A stretch of DNA of 26,281 nucleotides, taken from positions 1 to 26,281 of the IMG/VR virus record IMGVR_UViG_3300046786_000823. One strand, given 5' to 3'. A program made the translations under genes and the position numbers. The notes below the pieces were generated by a model that worked only from the letters and a program-made list of their open reading frames with translations, was not told where the DNA came from and searched no databases. Below are positions 25,242-26,281 of this stretch, piece by piece (within the stretch, counting starts at the first letter, position 1; each line of letters begins with the position of its first letter). Source of the stretch: a virus. Lineage: Duplodnaviria; Caudoviricetes.

Positions 25242-25601
25242 ATGCCAAAAGTATCGTACAAGCCTGAACTACTTGAGATTGACGACTTCCCGCACGGGGA
25301 TACGTTTTTTTCGGATCAGATCGAGGTGACCGACACGGACACGGGCGACCCTATTGACCTGACGGCATACGAGGCAAGCATGAGGCTTGAGGAGCGGGAC
25401 GGCACAGAAGTAGTGACATTGACGCACCTTGACGGCATAACCCTCGGCGACGGGTTTATTCAATTCAATGCCGAAACCGTGGACTGGCCAAGCGCCTGCA
25501 CGATATACGGCGACCTTCAGTTTGTCACGCCGGGCGGAAATACGGAAACGTGGATTAAGGTGACAATCAAAATCATTCCCACAATAACACCACCAGCATA
25601 A
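25242..25601 (+). CDS. Small virion beta-sandwich protein (BppU-N-like fibre/baseplate adaptor)
   Basis: GDTF...PIDLT.Y...R and YGDLQ...T motifs common in tail-associated adaptors. Confidence 0.65.
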   Translation: MPKVSYKPELLEIDDFPHGDTFFSDQIEVTDTDTGDPIDLTAYEASMRLEERDGTEVVTLTHLDGITLGDGFIQFNAETVDWPSACTIYGDLQFVTPGGNTETWIKVTIKIIPTITPPA

Positions 25602-25611
25602 ATGAATCGGC

Positions 25612-26082
25612 ATGGCAGACATTGTAATAAAGGTCGGAAAGCCGAACTACACGCTTACGATACGCAAGCCTCGGTACACAATATCGCTAAGCCGTGGAAC
25701 GCAAGGCCCGCCGGGGCCGACAGGGCCAGCAGGGGGTACGGCGGTAACATTCCCGGCTGGGGAAAACTTGAGCGCAGCGCGGGTGGTGATGGTCTCCGGG
25801 GGGAGCGCGTACCATTTTCAGCCGGGGAACACGGCGCACCAAGGGCGTGCGTACGGAATAACAACAGCGGCGGCGGCAACGGGAGCGGATGCACAAATAC
25901 AAATTTCCGGGCAAATGGAACACGCGGCGTTCACGTTTGCGGCGGACCAGATACTTTACGTTTTCAACAACGGTGTCATCGTTGACACCGACCCCGAACT
26001 TGCCATAATGCAAATTGCCGGCATTTCGTCCGGGGCCAACAAAATGCGCATAGATTTTTCAATTTCAATAAAAAAAGCATAA
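25612..26082 (+). CDS. Structural protein with a short collagen-like repeat
   Basis: GTQGPPGPTGPAG followed by AGENLSA..VV in a beta-rich domain. Confidence 0.7.
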   Translation: MADIVIKVGKPNYTLTIRKPRYTISLSRGTQGPPGPTGPAGGTAVTFPAGENLSAARVVMVSGGSAYHFQPGNTAHQGRAYGITTAAAATGADAQIQISGQMEHAAFTFAADQILYVFNNGVIVDTDPELAIMQIAGISSGANKMRIDFSISIKKA

Positions 26083-26083
26083 C

Positions 26084-26281
26084 ATGGCAGAGAAAAAGCC
26101 ACTTTCCAGAACCGGGGCGCTATTGCAGGAAATGACCGCCTCTGACACCATCCCATCAGCAAACGTCCCGGCAATAAACCTTGCAGGAACAGGCCCCGGC
26201 GGCGTTACGGGTGACCTGCCACTCGGCAATCTTGCGCAAGAAGGCGCTACCGACGGGCAAAGCCTTTTGTGGAACAACGGG
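26084..26281 (+). CDS. 5' part of a probable tail fibre protein (truncated by the window end)
   Basis: ATG 26084 opens MAEKKPLSRTGALLQEM...GVTGDLPLGNLAQEGATDGQSLLWNNG with no stop; GQ.L.WN is a fibre-like repeat motif. Confidence 0.65.
   Translation, partial: MAEKKPLSRTGALLQEMTASDTIPSANVPAINLAGTGPGGVTGDLPLGNLAQEGATDGQSLLWNNG

Larger units (their letters stand above)
1..26281 (+). mobile_element. Tailed phage/prophage region (packaging, tail and head modules), probably a Bacteroidota siphovirus-like phage
   Basis: Co-oriented, tightly packed genes including TerL, tape measure, S49 protease, capsid-like, tail tube-like and portal-like proteins. No sheath gene or host housekeeping gene is recognisable. 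Confidence 0.95.

Overview
A 26-kb stretch of a tailed dsDNA phage or prophage (siphovirus-like), with essentially all credible genes on the + strand. The host is probably Bacteroidota, inferred from A-rich starts without Shine-Dalgarno motifs and TTTG..TAnnTTT(A/G) promoter-like motifs. Gene order: amino-DNA-methyltransferase, fold-II PLP enzyme, JAB-only RadC, HTH, small and large terminase, tail-assembly genes (one with a T9 slippery site and a -1 frame extension), tape measure, two large tail-tip proteins, an accessory block (membrane/lipoprotein, Pol-beta-type nucleotidyltransferase, Mor-like HTH, Cys-rich moron), S49 prohead protease, scaffold, major capsid, tail tube, portal, head-tail adaptor, further structural genes and the start of a probable fibre gene. 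The most interesting features are a candidate DNA-hypermodification module (MTase + PLP enzyme) next to the terminase, an orphan nucleotidyltransferase inside the virion operon, a probable -1 programmed frameshift with a long dual-coding segment, a permuted morphogenesis gene order and unusually Cys-rich virion proteins. All product calls come from motif recognition by eye; no database searches were run. No integrase, att site, tRNA, rRNA or CRISPR array was seen, so prophage versus free phage cannot be decided.
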